In this document: in pieces, positions 38,091-49,000 of the stretch
Numbering within the stretch: the first letter of the stretch is position 1
Layout of the letters: the number at the start of each line of letters is the position of its first letter
NCBI GenBank assembly: GCA_038227875.1
Contig: JBBRPR010000039.1
Span: forward strand, 17,349-81,348
From: Planctomycetota bacterium
GTDB lineage: Bacteria > Planctomycetota > SZUA-567 > H5-PLA8
Length of the DNA stretch: 64,000 nucleotides
Direction of reading: 5' to 3'
Notes under the pieces: generated by a model
The model's input: the letters and a program-made list of their open reading frames with translations, nothing else
The model's database searches: none
Told to the model about the DNA's origin: nothing
Translations under genes and position numbers: made by a program

Positions 38091-39296
38091 CTACTGACCC
38101 AGTGCCCTCAACAGCACCGTCGCATAACAACCGCGCGGAAGGCTGAACGACAGCGTGCGCTTCTTGCGCTTCGGGTCGTCGGCGGAGTCGTCGGTCTGCG
38201 GTGCCGTCGCTTCGAAATTGTCGGCGGTGAAGAACAGCCGGCGCGGCTCTTCGCCGAAAAATGGGCGGCGTACGCCGGGGATTTCCAGGTCGGTGACCTT
38301 GATGCCCTCTTCGGCGAGCACGGCTTCGGCGGCGGCTTTCCATACGCCGGTCAATTCAGTCTTGCGCGCCAGCAGCGGGATTTCCAGGTCGGCCAGCTCG
38401 GGTGAGATCGCTTCGTGGGTCGGGAAGAGCATCTCGCCATAGGTGTCGTCGGCAGCGATCACCGGCCCGCGCTCGACGCACGATTCGGCGACGACGCGGC
38501 GCGCGATGGAATTCCACAACCACGATTGGTACGCGTAGACGCACATCTGCTGAAACATGTACGGCAGCGCGCAGAACGCGGCGCGGAAATCGCTCCCGGA
38601 ATTGGCGAGTCGCTCGATCGCTTTGCGATCCGGACGCGGGCGCAGAGTCTTCAGCATCTCGCCCCACTTGCCCCACTTCTCGCGGATCGTGCGTTTGAAT
38701 ATTTTGTCGTCCATGCGGTCTTTGCGCGCTTCGGTGGCGATGGCCAGCTTCAGCGCGTCTTCGAATTCACCCTTGATCAGATGCTTCGCGACCCAGCCGC
38801 GGCCGTGGCGCGCGGAGCCGAAGCGCTGGTCGCCAAAGTAATTGACGATGCGCACGCCCGCGCCGTCGGTTTCGGAGACGCTGAGCAGGCGGCGCGCACG
38901 GTCCATGTCGAAGCATTCCTGCGCGGTCAGATTTCGCACGGTGATGTGAAAGCGATTGCGTTCGATGTCCGACGCCACGATCGCGCGAGGCGCGAAACCG
39001 AGACGCTTGAGCGTCCAGTCCGGGCCTTCCGATTTCTCCGGCGCGTCCGGCGCTTTGGCCGTGTCGAGCGTGATGTGCTGCAGCGTGCTGGCGTGCTTGT
39101 CTTTCAGACCCGCATAGGCAAACACAGCGGCAGGCACTTTCAGCGCGCGCGCAACGCGGCCAACGGCTTCGGGCGTGGCCAGCGTTTCCTTCGTGAGTCG
39201 GTAGAGAGCGAACGGGCCGCTCTTTTCAGCCAGCAGCGGAAACTGCTTGCTCAGGATTTCCTCAACCTGGAAATCGTCGGGCGTGCGTTTAATCAT
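38091..39296 (-). CDS. truD: tRNA pseudouridine(13) synthase
   Basis: IKRTPDDFQVEE, YAGLKDKHASTLQ, NRFHIT, NYFGDQRFG, AYQSWLWN, FSLPRGCYATVLLR. Confidence 0.95.
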   Translation of the reverse strand: MIKRTPDDFQVEEILSKQFPLLAEKSGPFALYRLTKETLATPEAVGRVARALKVPAAVFAYAGLKDKHASTLQHITLDTAKAPDAPEKSEGPDWTLKRLGFAPRAIVASDIERNRFHITVRNLTAQECFDMDRARRLLSVSETDGAGVRIVNYFGDQRFGSARHGRGWVAKHLIKGEFEDALKLAIATEARKDRMDDKIFKRTIREKWGKWGEMLKTLRPRPDRKAIERLANSGSDFRAAFCALPYMFQQMCVYAYQSWLWNSIARRVVAESCVERGPVIAADDTYGEMLFPTHEAISPELADLEIPLLARKTELTGVWKAAAEAVLAEEGIKVTDLEIPGVRRPFFGEEPRRLFFTADNFEATAPQTDDSADDPKRKKRTLSFSLPRGCYATVLLRALGQ

Positions 39297-39444
39297 GGGA
39301 GGTGGTGTGGCTTTAGTCCGGGAAACGGTTCGCGAGCACAGCGACTCTTATAGCATACTTTGTGCGTAAAGCGAAACGCGTCCGCGCGAGGAGGGACCTT
39401 CAGGCCAATTGGCCTGAGGTTAAAACTCCAACATCCGCATTTCG

Positions 39445-40845
39445 TTATTGCGGCGGATGGGCACTGAGCAGCGTTAGTTCGCTCTTCAACAGCGCGCGCG
39501 TGTAGATGCGGTAGTCACCGATCATGCCGTTGATTCCGCCATACCAAGGATCCTTGCCGATGTAGACCGGACCGGTGTTGTGGACCGTGCCAGCTGAAAG
39601 TTCAGCCTCGGTGTCTTTGCGGCCATCGATATACAGTTCCAGCACGTGGCCGCGTTTGATGTAGGCGATGTGCGTCCATTTGCCTTGTGGCACTTCGGTG
39701 GGATTGTCGCCGCCTTCGTTGCCGTTGATCATCGTGCCGATGCGGTAATGCATGCGGTTGTCGTCGGGATGAAGCCAGATCGCGAAGGTGCGTTCTTCGT
39801 CGGAATTTCCCTTATGCGTGATGTTGCGCCATCCATTCTTCGGTCCCACGTTCAACCAGAGCCAGAACGTGACAGAAAAATCGGCGTTGAAGCGACCGAT
39901 CTCCAACGCTTTGTCGTCGAGCGTTACGATCTCCGAGCCAGTGAACGCGAGAGCGCCGGCCTTGCCCTCCTCCCACTTCGCACCCTGTATGGTGGCGGCC
40001 GGCCGTTTTTCGCCGACGGAGTTCGCCGCCTGTGTGCCGGTCTTTTCGAGGAACTTCAAGTGTACTGTGAGCGCATCGGTGGGATCTTCGGCGAGCACCC
40101 CGCGTTGCTTGAGCAGATCGTACGCCGCGCCATCGTGCGTCAATCGCGCGAAGGCTTCGGGACCGTCGTCGCCGGTGCGGCGGACAGCCGCGACCAGATA
40201 GCGCGCCAATTCGGGGTCGGCGACTTGATTGTAAATCGCCGGGAACGCACGCGGGTCGACTTTCGCGATCGACGCCCACATCACCTTGATCCATTTCGCA
40301 CGCTGCGGGTCCTGCGGATTGGCGGCAAGGCGTTCGGCGCAGAGCCACGCGAGTTGGCGGTCTTTGAGATCCAATAATATGGCGCAGGCTTTCAGTGAGA
40401 GCGCTTCGGGACCCTCACGGAACGCTTTGCGCAGGAGAATGCGGCCGACTTCGCCGAATTCCCGATAGCGCTGCTCGGCCACCGCCGCACTCTCGGGATC
40501 GATGAGACTCGAGGACGCAAAGCCAAGATCTTCCGCGGCGCGGCGTTCCTCACGCAAGCGCGTCGAGACGATTTGCAATCGCTCCAACAGCGCCGGTTGA
40601 TCATGAAACGCTTTCTCCGTTTCGGCACAAAGCGCGATCGCGTCTGGAAACTGAGCGCGCTCCTCCAACTCCACAACTTTATTCAGCCGCGCATCGAAGT
40701 CCGCGTTCACGGGAGCGTCGCCGCCCTTCGCAACGCCGGCCGCGAGGGCGAACGCGATGAACAGCGAAGCGATGACTCGGTGAATGCGCACACTATTTCT
40801 ATACCGCGCGTGAGAAGGTAAGTCCATAAGGGAGAACGACTCCAC
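39445..40845 (-). CDS. Secreted LamG/concanavalin-like domain protein
   Basis: Signal peptide (likely GTG start at 40791); FSVTFW, GKWTHIAY...LYIDG, IGKD...GMIGDYRIYTRAL. Confidence 0.8.
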   Translation of the reverse strand: MESFSLMDLPSHARYRNSVRIHRVIASLFIAFALAAGVAKGGDAPVNADFDARLNKVVELEERAQFPDAIALCAETEKAFHDQPALLERLQIVSTRLREERRAAEDLGFASSSLIDPESAAVAEQRYREFGEVGRILLRKAFREGPEALSLKACAILLDLKDRQLAWLCAERLAANPQDPQRAKWIKVMWASIAKVDPRAFPAIYNQVADPELARYLVAAVRRTGDDGPEAFARLTHDGAAYDLLKQRGVLAEDPTDALTVHLKFLEKTGTQAANSVGEKRPAATIQGAKWEEGKAGALAFTGSEIVTLDDKALEIGRFNADFSVTFWLWLNVGPKNGWRNITHKGNSDEERTFAIWLHPDDNRMHYRIGTMINGNEGGDNPTEVPQGKWTHIAYIKRGHVLELYIDGRKDTEAELSAGTVHNTGPVYIGKDPWYGGINGMIGDYRIYTRALLKSELTLLSAHPPQ

Positions 40846-41071
40846 GCGTGCAATGGGGTGTTCTTCGAAATTTTTCGCAAGGCGCGGCGCGTCTCGTCGT
40901 TAAGTCAGTGCACGAACACAGCGCGAGCAACCTTCCATAGAGGGTCTCGGCGCGCTGTCCTGTAACCGGTGTCGAACCGGTATCTGGTGTGTCTGGTCAA
41001 TTTTCGAACGCGCGGGAGCTCTGTTGGCCCTGCTGCGGGTCGAATTTTACCGCGTCCAGGAGGACAGCGTC

Positions 41072-44000
41072 ATGAGAAGCTCTGTACCGTCGTCGCCACA
41101 CAATCGTCCGTCCACTCCCCACATTATATTGGCCCTCGCGTGCGCCGGTCTCGTTTCCTTCGCGGCTCACGGCGCCACCGTTGCGCTGGCCAACCCGGCG
41201 CGGCCGCGGCCGAGCATGGAAGTCGCCGACAAATCGCTGCCGCCGCTTTATCTGAAAAACCACATCGTCAACGCGGAAATCCATGGCCGCGTCGCTCGCG
41301 TCGTTACCGAATCCGTTTATCACAACGATACATCACAGCAGCTCGAAGCGATCTACGTGTTCCCGCTGCCTCAAGGCGCGACGGTCGAGAAGTTCATAAT
41401 GTGGATGGACGGCAAGCCCGTCGAAGCCCAGGTCGGCGAGAAGAATGCCGCGCGGCAGACGTACGAAGAAATCGTGCGCCGCAAAAAGGATCCGGGATTG
41501 ATTGAACAGGTCGCCGATGGCGTTTTCAAGATGCGCATTTTCCCCGTGCTGCCCGGCGCCGATCAGAAGGTCCGGCTCGAATACTCGCACGTCCTCCCGC
41601 TAACCTCCAACGGCACGGTGCTCAATTTCGATTACCCGCTTGCAGCGAATGCGCCCTCAGAAGGCGGCAAGCAGGAACTGATCGCGAGCAACTTTGTCGT
41701 CTCCGTCAGCATGGATATGGAGGCGCCGATCGCCTCGATCGAATCCAGCTCGCACGCGATCAGCCAGCACATCCGCGATGGTGAACCCAACCGGGCACGC
41801 GCGTCGATTGAGCAGGTCCACACGGCGCTCGACCGCGATTTCACGATGAAAATCGCGCTGAAAACCAAGGCGCTGCCGATCAGCGCGCTCACCTACCGTC
41901 CTGCTCCTGCGGACGGAAAAGTGGAAGAGGGCACGGTAATGCTGTTGATCACGCCAGAGTTAATCGCCAGCGAGGAAATTCCCGGCAAGGACGTAGTGAT
42001 GGTGATGGACGTCAGCGGCTCGATGCAGGGCTCGAAAATTGAACAGGCGCGCGCGGCACTGCGCGCGTGTTTAAAGCGATTGAGGCCCGGCGACCGTTTC
42101 GCCATCGAGTCGTTCTCCGATGACGTCACGGTCTTCCGCAACGATTGGAGCGAAGCGAACAGCCAGAACATCGACAACGCGCTGACCTTCGTCAACGGCT
42201 TGCACGAAGGCGGATCGACGAACATCGAAGAGGCGATTCACCGCGCGCTGGCGTACAAGGGCGAACCCGGCCGACTGCGACAGATTCTTTTTGCCACCGA
42301 CGGTTGCCCGACCGTTGGCCAGACCGACGTGAAAGAACTTTCCGAATCGGCCGCGCGCAAAGGACAGAACGATCCTGAAAACGTCGACACGCGCTTCTTC
42401 ACCTTCGGCATCGGTTACGACGTCAACACCGTGCTGCTCGACAAGATGGCCGCGCTGACGCACGGCGATCGCGCGTACGTCCGGCCGGAAGAGGACATCG
42501 CGCGCAAGGTCGGCGATCTCTGCGACAAAATCGCCGCGCCGGTGCTGACCAATGTGACGGTGACCTTCAGCGACAATCTGAACATTCAGCACACCTACCC
42601 GCCGCAGACCGGCGATCTGTACATGGGCCGGCAGACCGTGCTCACCGCGCGCTATGCAACACCGGGCGTGGGCCAGGTCACCATCCGCGGCAAACGCGCG
42701 GGGAAGGACGTCGTGATCCAGGCGCCGCTGACACTGCCGGAATCGACACCCGAAGCCACCAGCTATCTGGCCAAGCAGTGGGCCATCCGCAAGGTTGGCT
42801 TCCTGCTCGACCAGATCCATCTCAACGGCGAACAGGCCGAACTGCGCGACGAAGTGATTCGCCTCGGCACGAAGTTCAGCATCGTCACGCCCTACACGAG
42901 CTACCTCGCGCTGGAGCCGGAACACAAGACCGCGCAGGTGCGTCCGATGGGAAGCGCTGTCCGATCCCCCTCGGCGGCGCCGGCGTCTGGCGAAGCGCAT
43001 GAAACAGTCATTCCGCCCGACATTTTAGCAAATGCGAAAATGGGCGATCATTTCGAAACGATCAACCCAGATCGCGCTGACACTCACTCCGCATTGGGGA
43101 ATCCAGATGCCCAAATTTTTCATAGTGTTGCCGGCAGCTCCGACGGCGCCGTAGGCGGCGGAGGAATCAGTGGGGGTCAGTCGATCGACGACTTCATCGG
43201 CATGGGCGGAACCCCGAGCACCGGCACAGGCGCCGGTTGGGGCGGCGGCAACGGCACGGGCACGGGCGTGGACGCAGGCACGGGCCACGGATCCTTCGGC
43301 AATCGCAATGGCGGCGGACGAACGTTAATGGTGAAACGCTTCGGCGGTTCGAAAGCGACTGAGAGTTCTGTTGACGCTGCGCTGCGCTGGCTGGCAACTC
43401 ACCAGGAAGCCGACGGCCACTTCGATTCGGCGAAATTCGGCGCGAAGTCGAATCTCGACGCGGCGTCGACTGGCCTTGCGCTCCTGTCGTTCCTGGGCGC
43501 AGGACACACGGAAAAAATGGGGCAATTCAAGGACAACGTGAGACGCGCCGTCGCGTGGCTGAGCGCGCGGAAAATGGAAGGCGCTGCGCTGAGCGACGAG
43601 GACATCATCGCGACGCTGGCGCTGGCCGAAGCCGCGGGCATGAGCAATATTGCGGAGACGCGCGCCGTGGCGCAGCACGCGCTCGATTACATCACCAAAG
43701 TCGACCCGACTCTGCAAAACGCGCGGCTCGGCAACGCGAACTGGACCTCTCAGAAGACTTACTCTGTCGAATGGTTCGTGCTGGCCCTGAAGAGCAGCAA
43801 GGTCGCCGGCTTGTCCGTGCCGGTGAAAGCCTTCGAGTCTGCGCTCGACTTCATCAACGGCTGCGAAAAGAAAACCGGCGAAGTCAGCCGCTTCTCGCCG
43901 ACCAAGTCGACACCACAGACTGATCCCAGCGCCGCGGCAGCTGCGCTGGTCTGCCGCCAGATGTTGGGCAGCCACGCAGACGAACTGGCCTCCAGTGTTG

Positions 44001-44428
44001 ACGCGCTGCTTGTGGACGGCGGCGTGCCGGTGTGGGATACGTTGAATCCCAGCTACGTCTACTTCGGAACGCTCTGCGCCTTCCAGCAGGGCGGTGATAT
44101 CTGGAAGCGCTGGAACGAAGCCGAGAAAAAAGCGCTGACGGACAATCAGAGCAAGACCGGTGAGGACGACGGCAGTTGGACGATGAAAAGCGCCGCCGCC
44201 GAACCGCTCGGACGCGTCGCGCAGACGGCCATCAGCAGCCTGTGTCTGGAGACGTACTACCGCTACAAGCAAATCAGCCCGGCGTCGGCGATGCCCTCGC
44301 CGTCCGTTCCGGCGCAAACGCAGCAGCCCGTCCCGCTGAACTCCAAAGCCGATTCCGGCCAGGCCGGCGTCGACTACTCGGAGTACATCCGGCAGATGAA
44401 AGAAGGAATCGAACCGTCAGGGAAGTGA
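41072..44428 (+). CDS. VIT + vWA + prenyltransferase/squalene-cyclase-repeat fusion protein
   Basis: VIT (EAIYVFPLP, ARQTYEEIVRRKKDPGLIE), vWA (DVSGSM, GGSTNI, ATDG), IVTPYTSYL, then ALRWLATHQEADGHF, TGLALLSFLGAG, DDGSW, LCLETYYRY; AGGAGG RBS. Confidence 0.88.
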   Translation: MRSSVPSSPHNRPSTPHIILALACAGLVSFAAHGATVALANPARPRPSMEVADKSLPPLYLKNHIVNAEIHGRVARVVTESVYHNDTSQQLEAIYVFPLPQGATVEKFIMWMDGKPVEAQVGEKNAARQTYEEIVRRKKDPGLIEQVADGVFKMRIFPVLPGADQKVRLEYSHVLPLTSNGTVLNFDYPLAANAPSEGGKQELIASNFVVSVSMDMEAPIASIESSSHAISQHIRDGEPNRARASIEQVHTALDRDFTMKIALKTKALPISALTYRPAPADGKVEEGTVMLLITPELIASEEIPGKDVVMVMDVSGSMQGSKIEQARAALRACLKRLRPGDRFAIESFSDDVTVFRNDWSEANSQNIDNALTFVNGLHEGGSTNIEEAIHRALAYKGEPGRLRQILFATDGCPTVGQTDVKELSESAARKGQNDPENVDTRFFTFGIGYDVNTVLLDKMAALTHGDRAYVRPEEDIARKVGDLCDKIAAPVLTNVTVTFSDNLNIQHTYPPQTGDLYMGRQTVLTARYATPGVGQVTIRGKRAGKDVVIQAPLTLPESTPEATSYLAKQWAIRKVGFLLDQIHLNGEQAELRDEVIRLGTKFSIVTPYTSYLALEPEHKTAQVRPMGSAVRSPSAAPASGEAHETVIPPDILANAKMGDHFETINPDRADTHSALGNPDAQIFHSVAGSSDGAVGGGGISGGQSIDDFIGMGGTPSTGTGAGWGGGNGTGTGVDAGTGHGSFGNRNGGGRTLMVKRFGGSKATESSVDAALRWLATHQEADGHFDSAKFGAKSNLDAASTGLALLSFLGAGHTEKMGQFKDNVRRAVAWLSARKMEGAALSDEDIIATLALAEAAGMSNIAETRAVAQHALDYITKVDPTLQNARLGNANWTSQKTYSVEWFVLALKSSKVAGLSVPVKAFESALDFINGCEKKTGEVSRFSPTKSTPQTDPSAAAAALVCRQMLGSHADELASSVDALLVDGGVPVWDTLNPSYVYFGTLCAFQQGGDIWKRWNEAEKKALTDNQSKTGEDDGSWTMKSAAAEPLGRVAQTAISSLCLETYYRYKQISPASAMPSPSVPAQTQQPVPLNSKADSGQAGVDYSEYIRQMKEGIEPSGK

Positions 44429-44446
44429 TGAAGGTATCCAGCGAAC

Positions 44447-44472
44447 GCGGAGGGCGGGAAACCGCCCTCCGC
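44447..44472. terminator. Strong GC hairpin between convergent genes
   Basis: GCGGAGGGCGG-GAAA-CCGCCCTCCGC perfect stem; second hairpin at ~44489-44520; no clear U-tract. Confidence 0.55.
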
Positions 44473-44530
44473 AACGAACGGAGGCATTGGTCATCGGACA
44501 TTGGGCATTTTCCGATGACCACTGACTCTT

Positions 44531-45958
44531 TTAAACCGTATGCAATCCCATCCCCATCGCGGCGAGCGCGGCTTCGCCAATTGCTTCAGGGAAAGTGGGG
44601 TGCGCGTGGATCGCGTTGGCGAGGTCTTCGACGCCGGCTTCCATCGCCCACGCCAGCGACGCTTCGCCGAGCAGATTGGTGGCTTCGCTGCTGACGCAGT
44701 GGAAGCCGAGAAGACGGCCGGTTTTCGCATCGGCAATGACTTTGACAAAACCTTCGTATTCTCCGGTCGCCAGCGCTTTACCCAATGCGCGGAACGGGAA
44801 CTTGCCGATCTTGACTTCGCGGCCGTCGGCTTTCGCGGCGGCTTCGCTCAGGCCAATCGCGGCGACTTCCGGTTCGGTGAAGACGGCCCACGGCGCGTGG
44901 GATTTATCGAACGTGATATCCCGCCCGCCGCGCGCGGAACCGGCGATCTGTTCGGCGGCGACCAGTGCCATGTGGCTGGCGGTGTGCGCCAGCGGCGCGA
45001 CGCCCGTCACGTCGCCGATCGCGTAGATGCCGGGAACGGAGGTGCGGCAGCGCTCGTCGACTTCCAGCGCGCCTTTGGAATTCACAATCAGTCCGGCTTT
45101 CTTTGCGTCGAGATGTTCGACCGTCGGCTTGCGGCCCACGGCGACGATACACTTTTCCGCGGAGACTTTTTCGGCCGTCTCCCCTTCTCCCAACGTCAGT
45201 TCAGCGACGTTCGCGCCGCCTTCTCCGGGAACAACGGCGGCGGCCTTGATGTTCGCGTCGAGCCGCAGATCGACGCCCTGTTTTTTCAGCGCACGGCCGA
45301 TTTCGCGTGCGACGTCCTCGTCGAAACCGGGCAGCGCCTGCGCGAGCTTCTCGACGACGGTGACCTTCGATCCCAGCCGCGCGAAGAGGCTGGCAAATTC
45401 GCAACCGATCACACCGGCGCCGACGATCAGCACCGATTTGGGCAGCGTCGTCCAGCGCAGCACTTCGTTGGAGGTAACAAACGTTTCGCCGTCGGTCGGA
45501 ATATTCTTGAGCGGCGTGGGCACGCCGCCGGTCGCGACGATGCAGTACGAGAACGACAATACGTCGTCTTTGCCGTCGGACGTATCGATGCGCAACTGGC
45601 GCTGGTCGAGAAACTTGGCGTTGCCTTTCACCAGTTTAACGCCGCGCTTCTGGAGCAGAAATTCCACGCCCTTCTCCAGCATGCCAACGGTCTTGTCCTT
45701 GCGGGCCGCGAGCGTCGCATAATCAAAGGTCGCTGCGCCGCCGGTGTTCACACCAAACTCCGCGGCCTTGCGCACGGTATCAAACACGCGCGCACCGTGG
45801 ATCAACGCCTTAGACGGAATGCAGCCGCGGTGCAGACACGTGCCGCCGGCCTTCTCGCGTTCAATCAGCGTGACCTTCAGCCCCAACTGCGCCGCACGCA
45901 GCGCCGCCACGTATCCGCCCGGACCAGCACCAATGACCGCAAGATCGCAAGGTTCCAT
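44531..45958 (-). CDS. lpdA: Dihydrolipoyl dehydrogenase
   Basis: GAGPGGYVAA, GGTCLHRGCIPSKAL, GAGVIGCE, YAIGD, IHAHPTFPE. Confidence 0.96.
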   Translation of the reverse strand: MEPCDLAVIGAGPGGYVAALRAAQLGLKVTLIEREKAGGTCLHRGCIPSKALIHGARVFDTVRKAAEFGVNTGGAATFDYATLAARKDKTVGMLEKGVEFLLQKRGVKLVKGNAKFLDQRQLRIDTSDGKDDVLSFSYCIVATGGVPTPLKNIPTDGETFVTSNEVLRWTTLPKSVLIVGAGVIGCEFASLFARLGSKVTVVEKLAQALPGFDEDVAREIGRALKKQGVDLRLDANIKAAAVVPGEGGANVAELTLGEGETAEKVSAEKCIVAVGRKPTVEHLDAKKAGLIVNSKGALEVDERCRTSVPGIYAIGDVTGVAPLAHTASHMALVAAEQIAGSARGGRDITFDKSHAPWAVFTEPEVAAIGLSEAAAKADGREVKIGKFPFRALGKALATGEYEGFVKVIADAKTGRLLGFHCVSSEATNLLGEASLAWAMEAGVEDLANAIHAHPTFPEAIGEAALAAMGMGLHTV

Positions 45959-46073
45959 TTACAGATGTTCTCCCGATGCTTATGAAATGTAATGCCTGCG
46001 CGGAATCGCGTTTTCAGCCTGCACGCGCACCACTCTAATCCGCAATCCGAAATCCGAAATCCGCAATGCCGTG

Positions 46074-49000
46074 TTACTTTTCTTCCCCAAAGCTCGCGTA
46101 CTCCACTGAGCTGACCGCTACCGGCGCGCCCGGCAGATCCTTGTCCAGAGCCGCGTAGGCGATGCGCTGTTGCTGGCTGGCGTTCACCTGCGTCAGGAAT
46201 TCCAGCAGCTTCGGGTACTTTTCCGGCGTCACGCGCTGGGCGGGCATCAGGTACGAACGCGAGCAGGTCAGCGTGCGGCCATTGACGGCGAAGCTGGCGA
46301 CGTAAAATCCGAAATCGGTGCACAGGAAAATGTTCTGCGGCACTTCGACCCACGCACTGCCTTCCGGCGCGACGTATGAAAATGTCTGATCGAGATCGGA
46401 GATCTCCTGCTTGACCAGCAGGTCGCTCTGCCGCTCCCCCGGCCCGCGCAGATCGAGAATGCGCGGCCGCCCCACGAACGGCGGGAGGAAGTACGACGCC
46501 CCGGCGCTGGACGCAAAATTCTTCACCGTGCCCGTGTACGAAAATCCCAGCGGCTGATCGGCGCGGCCTTCGAAGAACACCTGCACCTTCCCCACCTGCA
46601 GATTGCGCCACGCCTGGCGTACCACGCTTTCCTTGATCTGCGGCCCGCGGCGCGGATCGGAGAGCGCCTCGCGCACGTTGCCCGCGAGCGCGCCGAAGAA
46701 CTGGATCAGCCCGTTGATCGTGCCGTTACCTTGAGCGTCCAGCGTGACGTCGACGCGCTGGTTGGCGCTGACTACACCGGCCACGTCGCCGCGCACGCGT
46801 TTCACGCGCACGACGCCGCGTTCCAGCACCAGCGCGTGCGCGCCGAGTTGATTGATATTGGTTTCGAAGTAGTCGTAGTACTTGGTCGCGCGGCCGATGT
46901 ACTGCGCCCAGACATCGGCGCCGCAACGCGGTTCCAGCACCAGCATCTGGCCGGAGCTGCCGAAGTTCGCCAGTTCCGCCGGATCCCATTGCTTGCGCGC
47001 GTTTTTCGAGCGCCAGACGCGGCCGGGCGCGTACGAGCCGTTGACAAACGCGCTGCTCACATTCAAGCCCACGCTGCGCGCCATCTCGCGCACCAGCACC
47101 ATCATCTGTGTCGAACTGCCGCCCTTGGAGAACCAGACGTCGTCGAGCGTCCGGGATTCGGAACTGGATTGAATGTTGTCGCGCACCCAGTCGAGCAGTT
47201 TCACAAACATCGCCTTCTGACCCGTCGGCGTTTCGCCGTTGGCCAGCAGCGGCTGGACGAGTTCCTTGGCTTTCGCCGCGGCTTCCGGCGGCAGGAATTC
47301 CGGCTGGCGGCGCATCAGCCAGCGGTTGGCGTGGAACGGCCGGTCGGCCGTGTCGATCGAGACCAGCGGAATCACTTCCTGATCGTTGGCCGTCGGCATG
47401 AATGGCTCAGCCTTGATGCCTTCGACCTGCTTGTTGGTCCACTGGTAAACGGTATAGCCCTTCGGCCCGGGAAGAATCTGCTCGTCGATCAGCTCCGGCC
47501 GGATCTTGCGGATGGTCAGCTTGTCCTTCACTTCATCGGGGATCATCACCACCCAGCGCGAGACAGCTCGCGGTGAATCGATGGCGTTGAAATTAAAGCC
47601 CATCGTCAGCGACGGGTCGTCCTTGTCGGCTGCGTTGCGGTCGACGTACGCGTGCTCCAGAATCGAGCCTGGGCCCACCTTATATAGGCTGGCCGTCTGC
47701 GCGAGGTTGAAGTTGTGAACGTTCTGCGGCTGAAACGCGCTGCCGTCGGGGTTGAGCGTCCGGATGAAGACAATGTCCTGACGCTGCGCCCGCACGAGCA
47801 GTTCCGACAGTTCGTTGATGCCTTCGGTGTTCAGCACTTTCTGAGCGATATGCGTGTACGATTCGCGCGAGAAATCCGGCAGCACTTTCGTCACCATGAA
47901 GTCGACGATCCAGGCGTGGCTGGCCGTCGGATAATTGGCAGCTGTGAACTTCGACGTGTCGATCTGCGGCACTTTCACGTCGTACGCTTCCCACCAGCGC
48001 GCCTGCGTGTCGCCTTCCAGATCGCGCAGGCGGCGGTTGAGGTCGAAGTCGCCGGGATTCTCTTTCAAATACGCTTTCAGCAGTGCTTTCGCATCGTCGT
48101 CCTTGGACATGCGCAGCGCCAGGTCGACCAGCGCGTCGATCGTGGTGTGACGGTTGGGATCGTATTCCTTCTGGCCATCGTAGATTTTTTTCTGCAGTGC
48201 AAAGGCGTCTTCGAGCTTGCCCTGTTCGAGCAGCAGGCGCAGCGTGTACTGCTGAAATTCATCCGCGCGTTCGGGATAGTTTTTCTGCAATTCGGCCAGC
48301 AGCTTGGCTGCCACGTCCAGATCGCCGCGCCGCATCGCGGATTCAAATTGCTGATCGTTGTCGATCTGTGCCAGTTCCACCTGCTTGGCAAAGATCTCCC
48401 GCGCGCGCACGCGGTTGCCACCGTATTCGTGGAACCATTCCAGCCGGCCCAGGTACGCCGCGTCCAGCGCCGCCGCTTTTTCATAGCACTGCTCGGCTTC
48501 GACCATGAACTGCTTGCCTTCGTACGCCTGCGCCAGCGCCGCGAGCGCCACCGGCGACTGCGGATGCGCCTGCACGCAGGCCTTGATGCTCGTGTACGCC
48601 TGGTCCTTCAGTTCGTGGTCGGCATAGAAATAGTACATCTGCAACAGGTTCTGATGGCTGGTCGGGACGATCGAGAGCGCATGCAGGCGCAGCACTTTCG
48701 CTTCCTCAATTTCGCGCGTCTCCGTGTCGCCGGCCGTGCGTCCAGCCCCACTGAGGATTCCCGCCGCGACATCCAGCGCGCCGGCGGAATCCGGGTAGGA
48801 CGTGGCCAGCGCGCGCCCCAACGCCAGGCGCGCAGGCACGTCGTTTTCGCGCTGCATCGAGACGTCCAGCCAGTACGCCTCGGCCACATTCAGCTCGCCG
48901 CTTTCAGCCAGCGCCTTCAGCGACTTGCCATTCTTGAATTCGTCGGGCTTCTGCCGCTTCAGGAAGAGCTCCGCCGTCGCGCCCATCATCTTTTCCGACA

